DNA of 62,986 nucleotides, counting the filler, from Octopus bimaculoides (lineage: Eukaryota), in the NCBI RefSeq assembly GCF_001194135.2. It is 5 parts of 5 records of this genome, joined end to end, with 100 filler letters (N's around TTAATTAATTAA, not from the genome) between each part and the next. Parts side by side here need not be neighbours in the genome. Positions count along the whole stretch, not along the records: positions 7,109 to 21,776 come from NC_068995.1; positions 21,877 to 47,695 come from NC_068982.1; 3 more parts are not named here. One strand, given 5' to 3'. The translations under genes and the position numbers were made by a program. Shown here piece after piece: positions 12,069-23,499 of this stretch. How positions within the stretch are numbered: the first letter of the stretch is position 1; each line of letters opens with the position of its first letter. The notes under the pieces were generated by a model, which was not told the DNA's origin, did not search any database, and was given only the letters and a program-made list of their open reading frames with translations.

Positions 12069-12272
12069 GGCGTTGAGCTGACAGAAACATAAGCATGCTG
12101 GACAAAATGCATAGTGGCATTTCACCATTCTTTACATTCAAATTCCACCAAGGATGACTTTACCGTTCATCCTTTTGGTGTCGATAAAATTAGTACCAGT
12201 CGAGTACTGGGGGTCAATGTAATTGACTTACCTGCTCCCCGAAATTGCTGGCCTTGTGCCAAAATTTGAAAC

Positions 12273-12303
<31 letters not shown>
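11787..12303 (+). mobile_element. Tandem type B SINE copies joined and flanked by (ATT)n
   Basis: Two SINE bodies (about 11787-12000, 12068-12275), each preceded and followed by ATT repeats; many CpG->TpG/CpA changes. Confidence 0.8.
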
Positions 12304-12609
12304 GGCAGTGTTTCGTTGCCACAGACTGGGTCTTTCAATTTGCTTGTCTCGCATTTTTCTCATTAACGCTTCTTAATTGATACTGTCCTTTCAAACTAAT
12401 CAGTATGCAAAACCTGGGAGTCTTATCTTATTTTATTTTATTTTATTTTCTCGGAGGTGGGGAAACACAATTATTACAATTGAGAGTTGTCTCCCATCTT
12501 GACCAAATATTCTGCAACTGAGATCCGTGACTAAATGCATTGTGATAGCAAGGCTGCTGTGATACTCTCTGTCTGTTATGTTTCTAACAGAGAAGCAGTT
12601 ATTCTTACT

Positions 12610-13050
12610 ACCTAGCGCCATCTGTAAATTGCAAAGTCAGACATTACTTTACTTTTATTTGTAGTGTAACAGCTTTGAGTTAGTTGCGACTGTCACATCT
12701 GTAACAGCAAAGTGGCTGTGATTTTGTTACACTGACAGCCAGCAACGGTCAAGCACCTATCATCCATTGTTTTTTTTTTTTTTTAAATTTTATTGTGACA
12801 CCGGAGATTAGGGTTTTGTTACAGTGTAATGGAGATGATCTTTTGAAGCAGCTATATATTATTGTTAATATGACATCAGGTGGTGAGATTAATAAAAAGT
12901 TTGAGATATAACTTGATTACGGTTTGTTAAATATGACTTTTTAACCAGATAGTGTGACTGATGGTGTTTCGGTAATGTAACAACAATGAATTAAGCAGTT
13001 GTGAAATTTTAGTTACGTTATTTTTTTTTTTTTTTTCCCCCACTGTAACA
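12610..13050. promoter_or_regulatory. Candidate cis-regulatory region with TGT(A/T)ACA cluster
   Basis: Repeat-free and CpG-retaining; six TGTAACA/TGTTACA plus two TGT(C/G)ACA; AGATGGCGCTA (CTCF/YY1-like core) on minus strand at 12613-12623. Confidence 0.35.
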
Positions 13051-14715
13051 CTCAGGAAAAGTCGAAATAGGCTATGTATGACCTTGATTAAAAAACAATC
13101 TGACATCTGCGACAGGTAACCTGCGATATTTTTTATTGGAGTGACTGATTTCAAAGTAAGTTCTGATTATGTTATACAATAATTACAATTACTACAACAA
13201 CAACAGCAACCGCCCCCCCCCCAATTTATTGTGATTAAAATACCTGAAATATATCGCTGGCTTCATCCTTACGAACTGAAATACCTATGTCTATACCAAC
13301 ATACCTGAACTTTCAAGATTAAAAAAATCTCGGAAGATCAGGTTATCATTTAGACAAAAAAAAAAACAGAAATGGTCCCTTGAAGTTCTGTCCCCTGTTG
13401 GATTTTTTTTTTTCTTTGACATAGCAGTGTGACATTTCCCCTCAACCCTTTAAACATTCAGATTACTCTGTCAAATCCAAATGCTTATTTATTTATCCAC
13501 GTTGTTTTAAACTAATCATGCATTAATCTCTTAGCTTTGAGATTTCAACGATGTGATTACTTATTTTTTAGAATGACATTGATGAGTAAGTGCGAGAAGC
13601 TGGATTTGGTTAGCGTGAACATTAAACAGGTAGAATATTTTGATCTGATATGGTTGGTTTAAATGCTAAATGATTAAAAACACAGCAGTGTGATATGGCA
13701 ATGTGACTTTCACATTCTGACGGAAAGAAATCCTACACTAACAGATGACCCCCACCACAGAATTCTAACTGTAGATTTTGCCCCTGTTCTTACTGAGTCC
13801 CCATCTTTATTCCCCACCCTTTTTAGCTCAACTTTTGTCAAAAACCAATCTTGACCACTAATAATGTTTGAATTAATCGATTCATTAACATAAAGACTAT
13901 TATTATTATTTATTATTATTATTATTATTATTATTGTAATTACATCATCAGAGCTTTTAAAAAATTTTTTTTTTTTTTTCCTAGCTGCAAAATATACATA
14001 TCCTCACAGTCCACACTCTTCTTCACACATAATACTTGTCTCGCTCTCATTGGAGTCAGCAAAATAAATTAAAAAATAATATTTGAAAACACATGCAAAA
14101 AGTAAGAAAAGAAAAAGAAAAAAACAACAACCAAACAAAAACAAAAACAAAAATCAACAACAAAAACCAATGATCAGTCTCTGAGGTTGATAAATTTTGG
14201 GGAAAATTTGATTTTTTTTTAATGAAAACTGGTTTGGCTTGTCAGTGATACTTTGTTTTTTTTTTATTATATTTTAATTCCATTTTCACACTAATACAAT
14301 CACTCCACAAACCAACATAAATTAACAAAATATGATTTTAAAAAATAAATAAATAAATAATAAATAAATGGCATTAATAATTAAGCAATAGTTTTTATGG
14401 TTGATTGTTTTCTTTTCAACTTCTTTTCAGAGACAAAAAGAAGACACATTTGTACACATACATAGATACATAATACAAAGATATATAAGCATGTATACAC
14501 ACATATATGTACATACTTACATCTATATGTGTATATAGATGCATATTCGGGTACAGGACGTTAGAACAATGAACTACAGACAACGGAACGAACACATAGG
14601 AAAACAAATAGTCACTTGGAATTATTCCTTCATCAGCTGTCTCTATTCTAAACTAGGCGTTTCGAAGATAAGGCAGGGCGCACTCTTAGAATACATACAT
14701 ACATACATACATACA

Positions 14716-14750
<35 letters not shown>

Positions 14751-14884
14751 NNNNNNNNNNNNNNNNNNNNNNNNNNNNNNNNNNNNNNNNNNNNNNNNNN
14801 NNNNNNNNNNNNNNNNNNNNNNNNNNNNNNNNNNNNNNNNNNNNNNNNNNNNNNNNNNNNNNNNNNNNNNNNNTGTGTGTGTGT

Positions 14885-15259
14885 GTATTCTTTTACTTGT
14901 TTCAGTTAGTTGACTGTGGCCATACTGGAACATCTGGAAGGGTTTTAGTCGAACAAATCAACCCCAAGACTTATTTTTTAAAGCCTAGATCTTATTCTAT
15001 TGGTCTCTTGTGCTGAACTCCTAAGTTACAGGAATGTAAACACACCTACACTGGTTCTCAAGTGGTGTAGGAGGCAAACACACACACACACACATACATA
15101 CACACAGTGGTCTTCTTTCAGTTTCTGTCTATCAAATCCACTCACAAGGCTTTGGTTGGCCCAAGACTACAGTAGAAGACATTTGCCCATGGTGCCATGC
15201 AGTGGAACTGAATCCAGAGCCACGTGGTTGGGAAGCAAGCTTCTCACCACAGAGCCACA

Positions 15260-15260
<1 letters not shown>
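14885..15260 (-). mobile_element. Type A SINE, CpG-decayed
   Basis: Colinear with 29802-30187 but most CpGs converted to TpG/CpA. Confidence 0.8.
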
Positions 15261-15300
<40 letters not shown>

Positions 15301-16610
15301 CAAACAGAAAGTTGGTGTATGTAACATTGCATTAAATAATGAGTTAATAAATGCACAAACAGGGAACAGATGCAGAAGGTCGTCAACTGCACATCAGTTA
15401 TTAGCCTGTGGGTTAATTGTAATTTCATGTCTAACCGATAATATTGAATCCCCTACTAGTGGCGCCAACAGCAAACGCTGCCAGTAATTGGCAAGCCAAG
15501 AAACAAGACAGAAAATGAACAGATAAGAATGCGATATAGAAGGTTAACGTACAAATGTAGAATAAATGTAATCCAGAACAAGACAGTAAGTGGATGTACG
15601 AGGGGAAGAGAAGAAAGCAAACAGGGCTGTGGGCATACTAATGAATAAAATAAGGCCTTAGGGCCAGACAAGAGATAAAAATAGTCAATGCTGGGAGAAT
15701 TTCCTGAAGGATTTAAAATATATATATAGTAAATCCCCAAAAAGAAGATGAACAAACACAAAAAAGACAACAATGCGAGGACGTGGTACATGTAAAGTAT
15801 TAGCTGAGGCTCAGGGAAGGAAAGAAAGATGGTTTAATATTTCGAGCAAAGGTTCCTCTTCAGAAACGGGAAAGTCCAATAGAAAGGAAGACGGAGGAAG
15901 AAAATCGCCAACGATTCACATGTGGTTACATTTTGAAACTATTAGTTCATCCAAAGAACATGAGTCATGATGTGTTTAGCTGTGACCAGTCAGTCTGCTA
16001 CAGATTATTCTGAAATAATCCTTATATAGAAATCCTAGGTCATAGCTAAACCGCTATTTTTGAGATAGCGTGTTAGCACTAGTCTAAATCAAAATAACTC
16101 TTACTTCTACTCAATCAGAGTTATAAATTTTTTATAAAATAATTAACTGGAAATATTTGTATGCTTTGACAAAATCTCACTGCAATCAGGTATTGCAGCC
16201 AAAAATTCAGATCTTCTTTAGCAAGATATTAAAATCAGAAACGTAATGGTTAAACAATTATACTACACACTGAAAGACATTTAGTCCAACACGTCACATC
16301 CTTACTTCTACTATAACGAATAATCATCATTAGTTTACCTAGTCTTTTATCAAGCAAAGTCTGTTATTAACCTAATTATTAGGCTGGTAAGTGCATTTGG
16401 CTATTGTGGCATTTGTAAACCCGCTACTATAATAAAACAGCACTGCAATCGAGCCAATGAGGGCGCCTTAACCTGGACATTCAATTTGCTTGAAAGAGCA
16501 GTTATTGTCCTTTAAGTTACGCACCCGATTTCTCAAAAGAAAAAAATGACACATTGGACCATGTAAACATAAATACTCTATGTTTGGGCATGCGTAAGTA
16601 TGTGTGTGTG

Positions 16611-16691
<81 letters not shown>

Positions 16692-17063
16692 AAAAGAAAG
16701 AAAGCAAAGACAGAACGTATAAATATATAGATATTTATTTATTAATAGATCAAACTTACACAGTGTACAAAAGACAGGGAAAAATTAAAGAAGAAGAGGT
16801 AAGGTGTTATATTTTTATAATATAAATAGACTGAATGCATCAAAGAACTATTGATACAAAGCTTGGACAGATTTGTTAAATAGTTTTCTTCTCACCTTAA
16901 TGGATTAGGCGGTTTAATCTGAGAATTGTCAATTGTTTCATAGAATGTTGAAAACGGTTACTGTAAATGAAATACATTAAATATCTTTGAGAGAAGAATA
17001 TTTTCTTCGCAAATATATTTGCTGGTATTTGTTACTTGGAAGAATGGATATATGATATGGCGG

Positions 17064-17984
17064 TCAATGTCGCTTTTTTCGGTAATTATTTTTGATGTAT
17101 GAATAGACCATCAAAGTAATGCTGTTGACCAAAAATGCTCGGATCGATACTGCAACCCATCCTTTAAAGAATAGAGGAATGCCTCCTTCTCGATATGTAG
17201 CTCTGGTACAATGCCAGATATTTCTGTAAAGTTTCTTGTGACAGTCTGCTTGAATACGGTTTTTGATCACATCTATTGGCAATATTATTAACCAACTTAT
17301 TACTCCAGTTAAACCTCCCGCTACGAAGTTCAAAACGTCTCCAGATACTCTCGGATAATGATTCTTCCATCTATAGCAGAAAAACTCGTACGATAAACTG
17401 TAGACACCACACGACGGGATGTCACGTATGTTATGAACAAGGAAACCTCGATAACATCCCATTAAGCCGTTTTTTCGGACAATATCAAAAAGTGCTTCGA
17501 CGGGTCCTTTATAATATTTTAGTCCCGGTGCATTCCCGACTTGTGACTGTAAAACAACTTTAGTTAATTCAAAAGGGCAACCAGGTATTGTCTGAACAAA
17601 CCCTCCGGCACAGCCAGCAAGAAATATATTGAAATAGTTAGGTCTGAATTTTGATATTAAACTGCTGGAGGCGTTTGTTCTGTCATCGAGAAAAGTGAGT
17701 ACGTTTCCGTAAACCCCGAAGTAAACGGCATTTAATAAACCATATGACACAAAGGGCGAGAGAAATCCACGAAAATGTCCATTTATCATTCCTTCTTTGT
17801 TCATCATAGCGAAAGCTTCCGACATTTTCTTAGTTGTACTAGGAACCAAATTCCCCAACATGTCGATTTCAGTTATTTGTAATTTCACTTTTAAGGTATC
17901 CAGCGGGTGACCTATACATAATCCTGACCAGCCAGCTAATCCCCCGGCAGCAAAATCTTGTATTGGACCAAAAGTTGTTGCCAT
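17064..17984 (-). CDS. SLC25A45: Mitochondrial carrier, SLC25A45/48/29 (basic amino acid/carnitine-type) subfamily; single-exon CDS, 306 aa from ATG 17984
   Basis: Three PX[D/E]XX[K/R] signatures (PLDTLK, PFELTK, PIDVIK); segments NIFLAGCAGGFVQ, YKGPV, RDIP..GVY...YE, VAGGLTGVISW, RAF.VN closely resemble human SLC25A45 as recalled; uninterrupted ORF. Orthology (45 vs 48/29) needs a tree. Confidence 0.9.
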   Translation of the reverse strand: MATTFGPIQDFAAGGLAGWSGLCIGHPLDTLKVKLQITEIDMLGNLVPSTTKKMSEAFAMMNKEGMINGHFRGFLSPFVSYGLLNAVYFGVYGNVLTFLDDRTNASSSLISKFRPNYFNIFLAGCAGGFVQTIPGCPFELTKVVLQSQVGNAPGLKYYKGPVEALFDIVRKNGLMGCYRGFLVHNIRDIPSCGVYSLSYEFFCYRWKNHYPRVSGDVLNFVAGGLTGVISWLIILPIDVIKNRIQADCHKKLYRNIWHCTRATYREGGIPLFFKGWVAVSIRAFLVNSITLMVYSYIKNNYRKKRH

Positions 17985-18107
17985 GATACCAAAAAGCAGA
18001 GAAACCAAGAAAGCTTTTGGTTTCTTTGTCTATAACAAACTCAAAAGACATTCATTAAATCTTTGGTCAACAGACCAGTTATTGCATTTTTGTTTTTTCT
18101 TCTGCTT

Positions 18108-18123
18108 CACTTCCATGACGTCA
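18108..18123 (-). promoter_or_regulatory. Adjacent CRE (TGACGTCA) and ETS-like (GGAAGTG) motifs upstream of the carrier gene
   Basis: Minus strand reads TGACGTCA-T-GGAAGTG, about 125-140 bp upstream of the ATG. Confidence 0.3.
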
Positions 18124-18807
18124 ACAATGAAGTTAACATGTCATTTGTTATCGTGTCTTTTATTCTTTAACTCATTTTGCTGGTTTTATTCATTGGACTG
18201 CGGCTATGCTGGGGCATCATATGAGTCGACAACCTTAATCAATCCCTTTACTAATTAAAAAACAAGAAAAGACTGCAGCTTATTGAGTTCAGAAAGATAA
18301 GACGTTGAGTCGACCTTGACCGGAATTTGAACTCGGGGTGTAAATGTATTTATTCAGATATTCTATCGATTCTAGACACATTGAGGCGAAAGGAAACCAG
18401 ACGACCAAGCGCTTTATTAACCATTTAGAATAGTTCCATCGTGTCTAATTGCTGACAGGAAGCCTCACTATGATTACTCGAACCATTAGAAATAACAAAC
18501 CTCTGTTGAATCGCGTATTAACATCTTAAATAAGGAAATAACATAAAACATAGTGTTTATACCTTTAAAAATATAAGGATGGTCACGTTAAGAGGGTATT
18601 GATCATAGGTCTACTCTATCAGAATTAGATAACGACAACAATTTACAGTTACATAAACCAATAAACACTTGGCGAATATTGAACTGTGTTTTATTAAGAT
18701 AAAACGATGAAAGAACTTAAGATGTTTGGTCATCAACTATAAAACTTTTCCAGTCATAGTGACAACGATTACAATAACCACAAAACAGAAACAAGAAAAC
18801 CACCACC

Positions 18808-19103
18808 CGCGCGAACTAGGACGTGGGAGAACCGGGTTAGCATACGCAGATGACGTCACCGTCATTGTGTCGAATAGACCTGGTCAGTACTGTTCTAAAA
18901 GAATACGAGACAACAGGAGCAAAAATTAATCAAGAAAAGTCTGTGGGTCTGCAGCTCGGCACCTGTTGAAGCAGGTCCATGTCGTCCAGTAACGTCGTGG
19001 GACGCTAGCCGGAGGGACCCGTTAAATTGCTCGGCGTCTGGTTTGGTCTAGATCTTCCAGAGGAGAAGAACTGGGACGAGGTGACGAGCAGAGTGGCCAG
19101 TCG
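18808..19103 (+). mobile_element. L1/Tx1-clade LINE reverse transcriptase fragment
   Basis: AYADDVTVIVS, GAKINQEKSVGLQLG, VKLLGVWFG..EKNWDEV across frameshifts and stops. Confidence 0.75.
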
Positions 19104-19680
19104 CGTGTGTGTATTTTGAATGGGTAGTTGAATCTTTTTCCGGGCGGATATTTGCGTAGCTCCCTTCCACCAAACTCCACTCACATTGTATTGATCGATT
19201 GCGGGGCTATGGTTGCAAAGCAGTTGTGCTCAGTACAGCTTGATAAGATTGAACCCGAAATCATATGGTTGCGAAGCGACGTTCTTAACACAACAATCAC
19301 TTAACCAAGCGCGGTCGTCAGGCAACAGTTGTCATATCTAGGTTAGCTTATTGTTATATATTTGATTGAAATTTTGACTATTTACAGTTGAATGAAATGT
19401 AAGAGAGGGAGAGATGAACATGAGATGAATCGAATTATGTAATATATTCACAGAAATGTATATATACCATATATGTGTGTGTATATACACACACACACAC
19501 ACATACACATACATTTGGTGTGCAAACAAGAAAATAGAACTCAAAATATGAGTAAATATATGTTTATTATTATTAATAATCGACAGAAGTGGCAGAGTGA
19601 CTCGAATGCTGTGAGTTTCATGCGTTGGCACGAAACCGTCGGCCCTCGAGTCACTGTAATTTCTGCCGATCACTGATAAA

Positions 19681-19711
<31 letters not shown>

Positions 19712-19808
19712 TATATGTATATATCTTTTTACTTGTTTCAGTTATTTAACTGTGGCCATGTTGGGGCATCGCCTTGAAGGTTTTTGAGTTGAACAAATCC
19801 GCCCCAGG

Positions 19809-19910
19809 GCTGAGCACCTTGCCCCTAAAATTGCTGAGTACCCAACCCTTAAAATTGCTGAGCACCCAACCCTAAAATTGCTGAGCACCCTACCCATAAG
19901 ATTGCTGCCC
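19809..19910. repeat. 23-24-bp minisatellite, about 4.3 copies
   Basis: Unit GCTGAGCACCCAACCCTAAAATT repeated; embedded in SINE sequence. Confidence 0.85.
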
Positions 19911-20934
19911 TTGTATTAAAATTTGAAACCATTGGTGATCGTATTTATAAACCTTTGCTACAGGAGTATAATTGGAAGGGTCTGCGAGGTTGCCCTTGAG
20001 GGCATTACGATGAGTACAAAAGCTGCAGGAGTGAACCCGGGAGAAGCCAACCACAGGCGCAGATGTATCCATGGAAAGAAAAAGAGATTGAAGAGTTTGC
20101 TGAGGATGGGGAAGAACTCTAGGGTTCCTTGTTTGATGGTAACGGAATGGACTTTATTAAAACCAATAGCCCGGATGGTTTGAAACGATTAGAGTTCCGT
20201 ATAGCAACGAAACCTATCTTCAAGTTATAAATCATTATTTACACGGTGGATAGTGAAAATTAAAACAATGACTAGCATATTTATTCTTAGTACGTTCCGG
20301 CTCATTTGAACGCAAATATGCTAATCACTGTTGTTGAGTTTTGTCACAGAACTGTTTCGCCTTTTCGACGATTAGGTGACATGTTCTATTCAGAGGTGCA
20401 AGGAATTCTGGGACACCGGTGTTCCGACATTGTCGAATCAGTTTTTGTTGTTTCAAAAAAGTAAAAAAAAAAAAAAATTTTAATTGTCTAAATTACAGTG
20501 TTTGAAAAAAAAATATGGGATGGTCAGAATTGGAGTGTCTTCAATCATAGATCTGATCCACACGACTAATTCGGGGCTTAACGACAATGAAGCATTAAAG
20601 GATGTTCTTATCTTTCATACTTTTTGCGATCTTGTTGAGACAAGAAGGTTGGACTCTTTACAATCGATATCGTTTTTTGCTACATTATTGATCGTAAAAT
20701 TAAATTTTAAAAAATCGATATTCTGGAGTATATTTACCATATTGCTGCTGCAGTTGCTGTTGGTGAGATTGTTTAACTCTCCAGCCAGGTCTGACCTTGT
20801 AGATCTACAATCAAAAGCGTTCGGTTTACATTAAGACACCATGTTTTTTTGAAGACGATAAACCATGGCTCGAGGGAGATTTGGTTGGTATTTCTAGCAA
20901 ATTTAAGTTACCGGGGTTTATATGACCCTTGGTG

Positions 20935-21235
20935 GGGGTGAATATAAGATATATTTACCAAAATTACATAAAAATATCTTGAAATATTAAAGAGTAAATT
21001 TATTCAATAAAATCGCTATTGGCTTCAACCACGGCCACAAGACGACTTCGGAATCTCCTGCAACTCTTCTGGATGGTCTTGTTTAAGTTGGTGAATGCTA
21101 CCATAATCCTTGCTTTCAGTTCAGTCTCTCGCTCAACTGTGCCCTACACATAATAATCAAGGGGTTTGCAGTCTGGGGAATTAGGTGGCCAGATTTTAAT
21201 GGGTGGTGTGGTCGCAGAAATTGTCTGACAGCCAC
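20935..21235 (-). mobile_element. DD37D (maT) transposase C-terminal remnant
   Basis: WLSDNFCDH..IWPPNSPDCKPLDYYV..ELKARIMVAF..RFRSRLVAVVEAN; same family as 362-1200. Confidence 0.8.
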
Positions 21236-21269
21236 GTTGTAGATTCCTTCTTGGCTCATCGTCGTTGCT

Positions 21270-21575
21270 GTAATTGTAGTGATGGTATTGTTGTTGTTGA
21301 TGATGATGATGATGACGATGATGATGATGATGATGATGATAACTGTGATGATGATGATGATGGTGATGGTGGTGGTGATGTGGACGGTAATGCTGACAAT
21401 GATGATGATGATGGTGATGGTAGCTAAGCTGCTGTTGCTGCTGATGAGGATGTTGATGATGCTGATGGTGGTGGTAGTAGTGGTAGTGGTGTGGGAGGTG
21501 ATGATAATGATGATGATGATGGTGATGACGACGAAAATGACGATGATGGTAGTAGTGGTGCTGGTGGTAGTGGAG
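21270..21575. repeat. Imperfect (GAT)/(GGT) trinucleotide tract
   Basis: Direct reading. Confidence 0.9.
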
Positions 21576-21722
21576 ACAGCAAGAAATGTCGCAGATAGTC
21601 GACTCCTCTGACTGGCTTAATTGCCACTTGTTAATTACCCTGCTAGTTGCATATCTTCCTTACAGTATTTACTGTGTAAAGGTAAATAAACATCTCCCTC
21701 TCTCTTTCCCCAGTCTCTCTCC

Positions 21723-21776
<54 letters not shown>

Positions 21777-21876
21777 NNNNNNNNNNNNNNNNNNNNNNNN
21801 NNNNNNNNNNNNNNNNNNNNTTAATTAATTAANNNNNNNNNNNNNNNNNNNNNNNNNNNNNNNNNNNNNNNNNNNN

Positions 21877-22115
21877 TCCTCATACATTCTGAGAAGTGAA
21901 AGTGGGGCAGATTCAGAATATTTTCTGAGAATATGCACTTTCAAGTTTTCTTCAAAATTGCAGCCGCTTGAAACGAAATGTTCAGCAAGTTCTGTGGAAC
22001 TACTGTCATTGTGCCTGATGTCGAATCTGTGCCCATTAAACCTTTTGTTTAATCGTTCTGTTGTACAACCAACATAAATTAAGTTGTGTTTTGTGCATTC
22101 TGCAGTGTACACGAG
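21877..22115 (-). mobile_element. Penelope-like element GIY-YIG endonuclease fragment
   Basis: LVYTAECTKHNLIYVGCTTERLNKRFNGHRFDI..LAEHF: VY/YVG pair, conserved R..H and downstream H; runs into gap. Confidence 0.75.
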
Positions 22116-22119
22116 GGGC

Positions 22120-22370
22120 CTTTCGAGCTGGGTGGGTTACTCAACCTGAAGAAAATTCTAACTCGGCCCCACCTGCAAGGTCATGCGCTGTTTATCTTGA
22201 TATGAGATCACCATGTTGCGCACATATCTTTGTGATGCATGTACCTGGTGTACCCTTATCCGATGATCGGTGTACTGGGCCTCATATATTTCTACTCCAG
22301 TGTTACTTTGATGACATGCACTGCTCTCTCACTCAATAATATTAATGATAATAATAATAACAACAACAAC

Positions 22371-22435
<65 letters not shown>
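22120..22435 (+). mobile_element. Interspersed repeat 3' part with long (AAT)n tail
   Basis: Ends CACTGCTCTCTCACTCAATAAT then (AAT)n; SINE/LINE-tail architecture; family not determined. Confidence 0.45.
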
Positions 22436-23499
22436 TAAATTAGGTAAAAAGGAGGCAATTTTGAGAGGAGAGGATTATCGATACTATTGTCCTGCCACTT
22501 CGTACTAAATTTTATTTTTTCGACACCTTAAGTGTGAAAGATAAAATTGATCGCAGTGGAATTTGAAAAAAGAATAAGAATATAAAGAGCCGGTTCAAAT
22601 ACTGCAAAGTATTTTTCCGACGCTCAAAAGAGTTTACCAAGCCATCCTCCTATATGTTTCCAATTTAGATGCAAGGTAAACTGCTTTTTTTTAGGGGACT
22701 GGAATTGTCGATGCCATCGACCCTACCACTTAACTGTTGATTTATTTTGTCGGCCCTGGGGAGATGAATGTTACTCAGAACATAAAGAGTGAGAAGAATA
22801 TTCGCGAGTCCATCGCTCTATGTTTTCTACGAAACAATGTACACTTAGGACAATTGGTTGTATGAACTATCATTTGCGGTAATAGGTTTCATGAAAATTA
22901 TACTAAAATGGAAAACATTTATATAGCACTAAATGATGAGATATAATTATCACAAGCTGATACATTTCACATTACAATGATAATATTCCAAGGACATTCA
23001 CTTTCACTCCTTTTGAACTGTCTATCTCTGGTTTCATTAACTACGACCATAAACTACAAAGTGTGGGTGGCTAGAAAGATAGTGAAACCTTGATCAGTTT
23101 GTTGTTCTATATCTCTGACATCAAGTTACATACCAAGTCCAAAACAGCTCGAAAGTTTTTTTTTGTTTTTTTTTTTCCTGTCGGTAATTCTTCATAACTG
23201 TGACAGATTTTCGTGAGTCACTTTGAAAAGGAGAATGTTAACTAAGTTGGTTAAACACTGACAATGTAATCAGTCAGACTTTAAAGTAATTGGCAACAGT
23301 TATGTGGATATCAGCTGAGAATTAACAAATTTAGTACTTTAGGCTGTAAAAACTAATCCGAAAGAAATATATTCTACAGATTGAGGAAGATACTTTGAAC
23401 AGCTTATGATGTTATATAAAGCTTGAACAAGACAAGTAGTGACTTAAAATCCCTACCTTCCAAAAGCTTGACTCTAAACACGACGAAAACAAAGTTCAA

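Noticed and set aside
12695-12760. miR-2 or miR-194-like precursor
   Set aside because: Stem only about 9 bp; cannot fold into a canonical pre-miRNA (kept only as a possible target site).
20335-20385. Hammerhead-like GTCAC..GGCGAAACAG..GTGAC on minus strand
   Set aside because: No CUGANGA core and G at the cleavage position.
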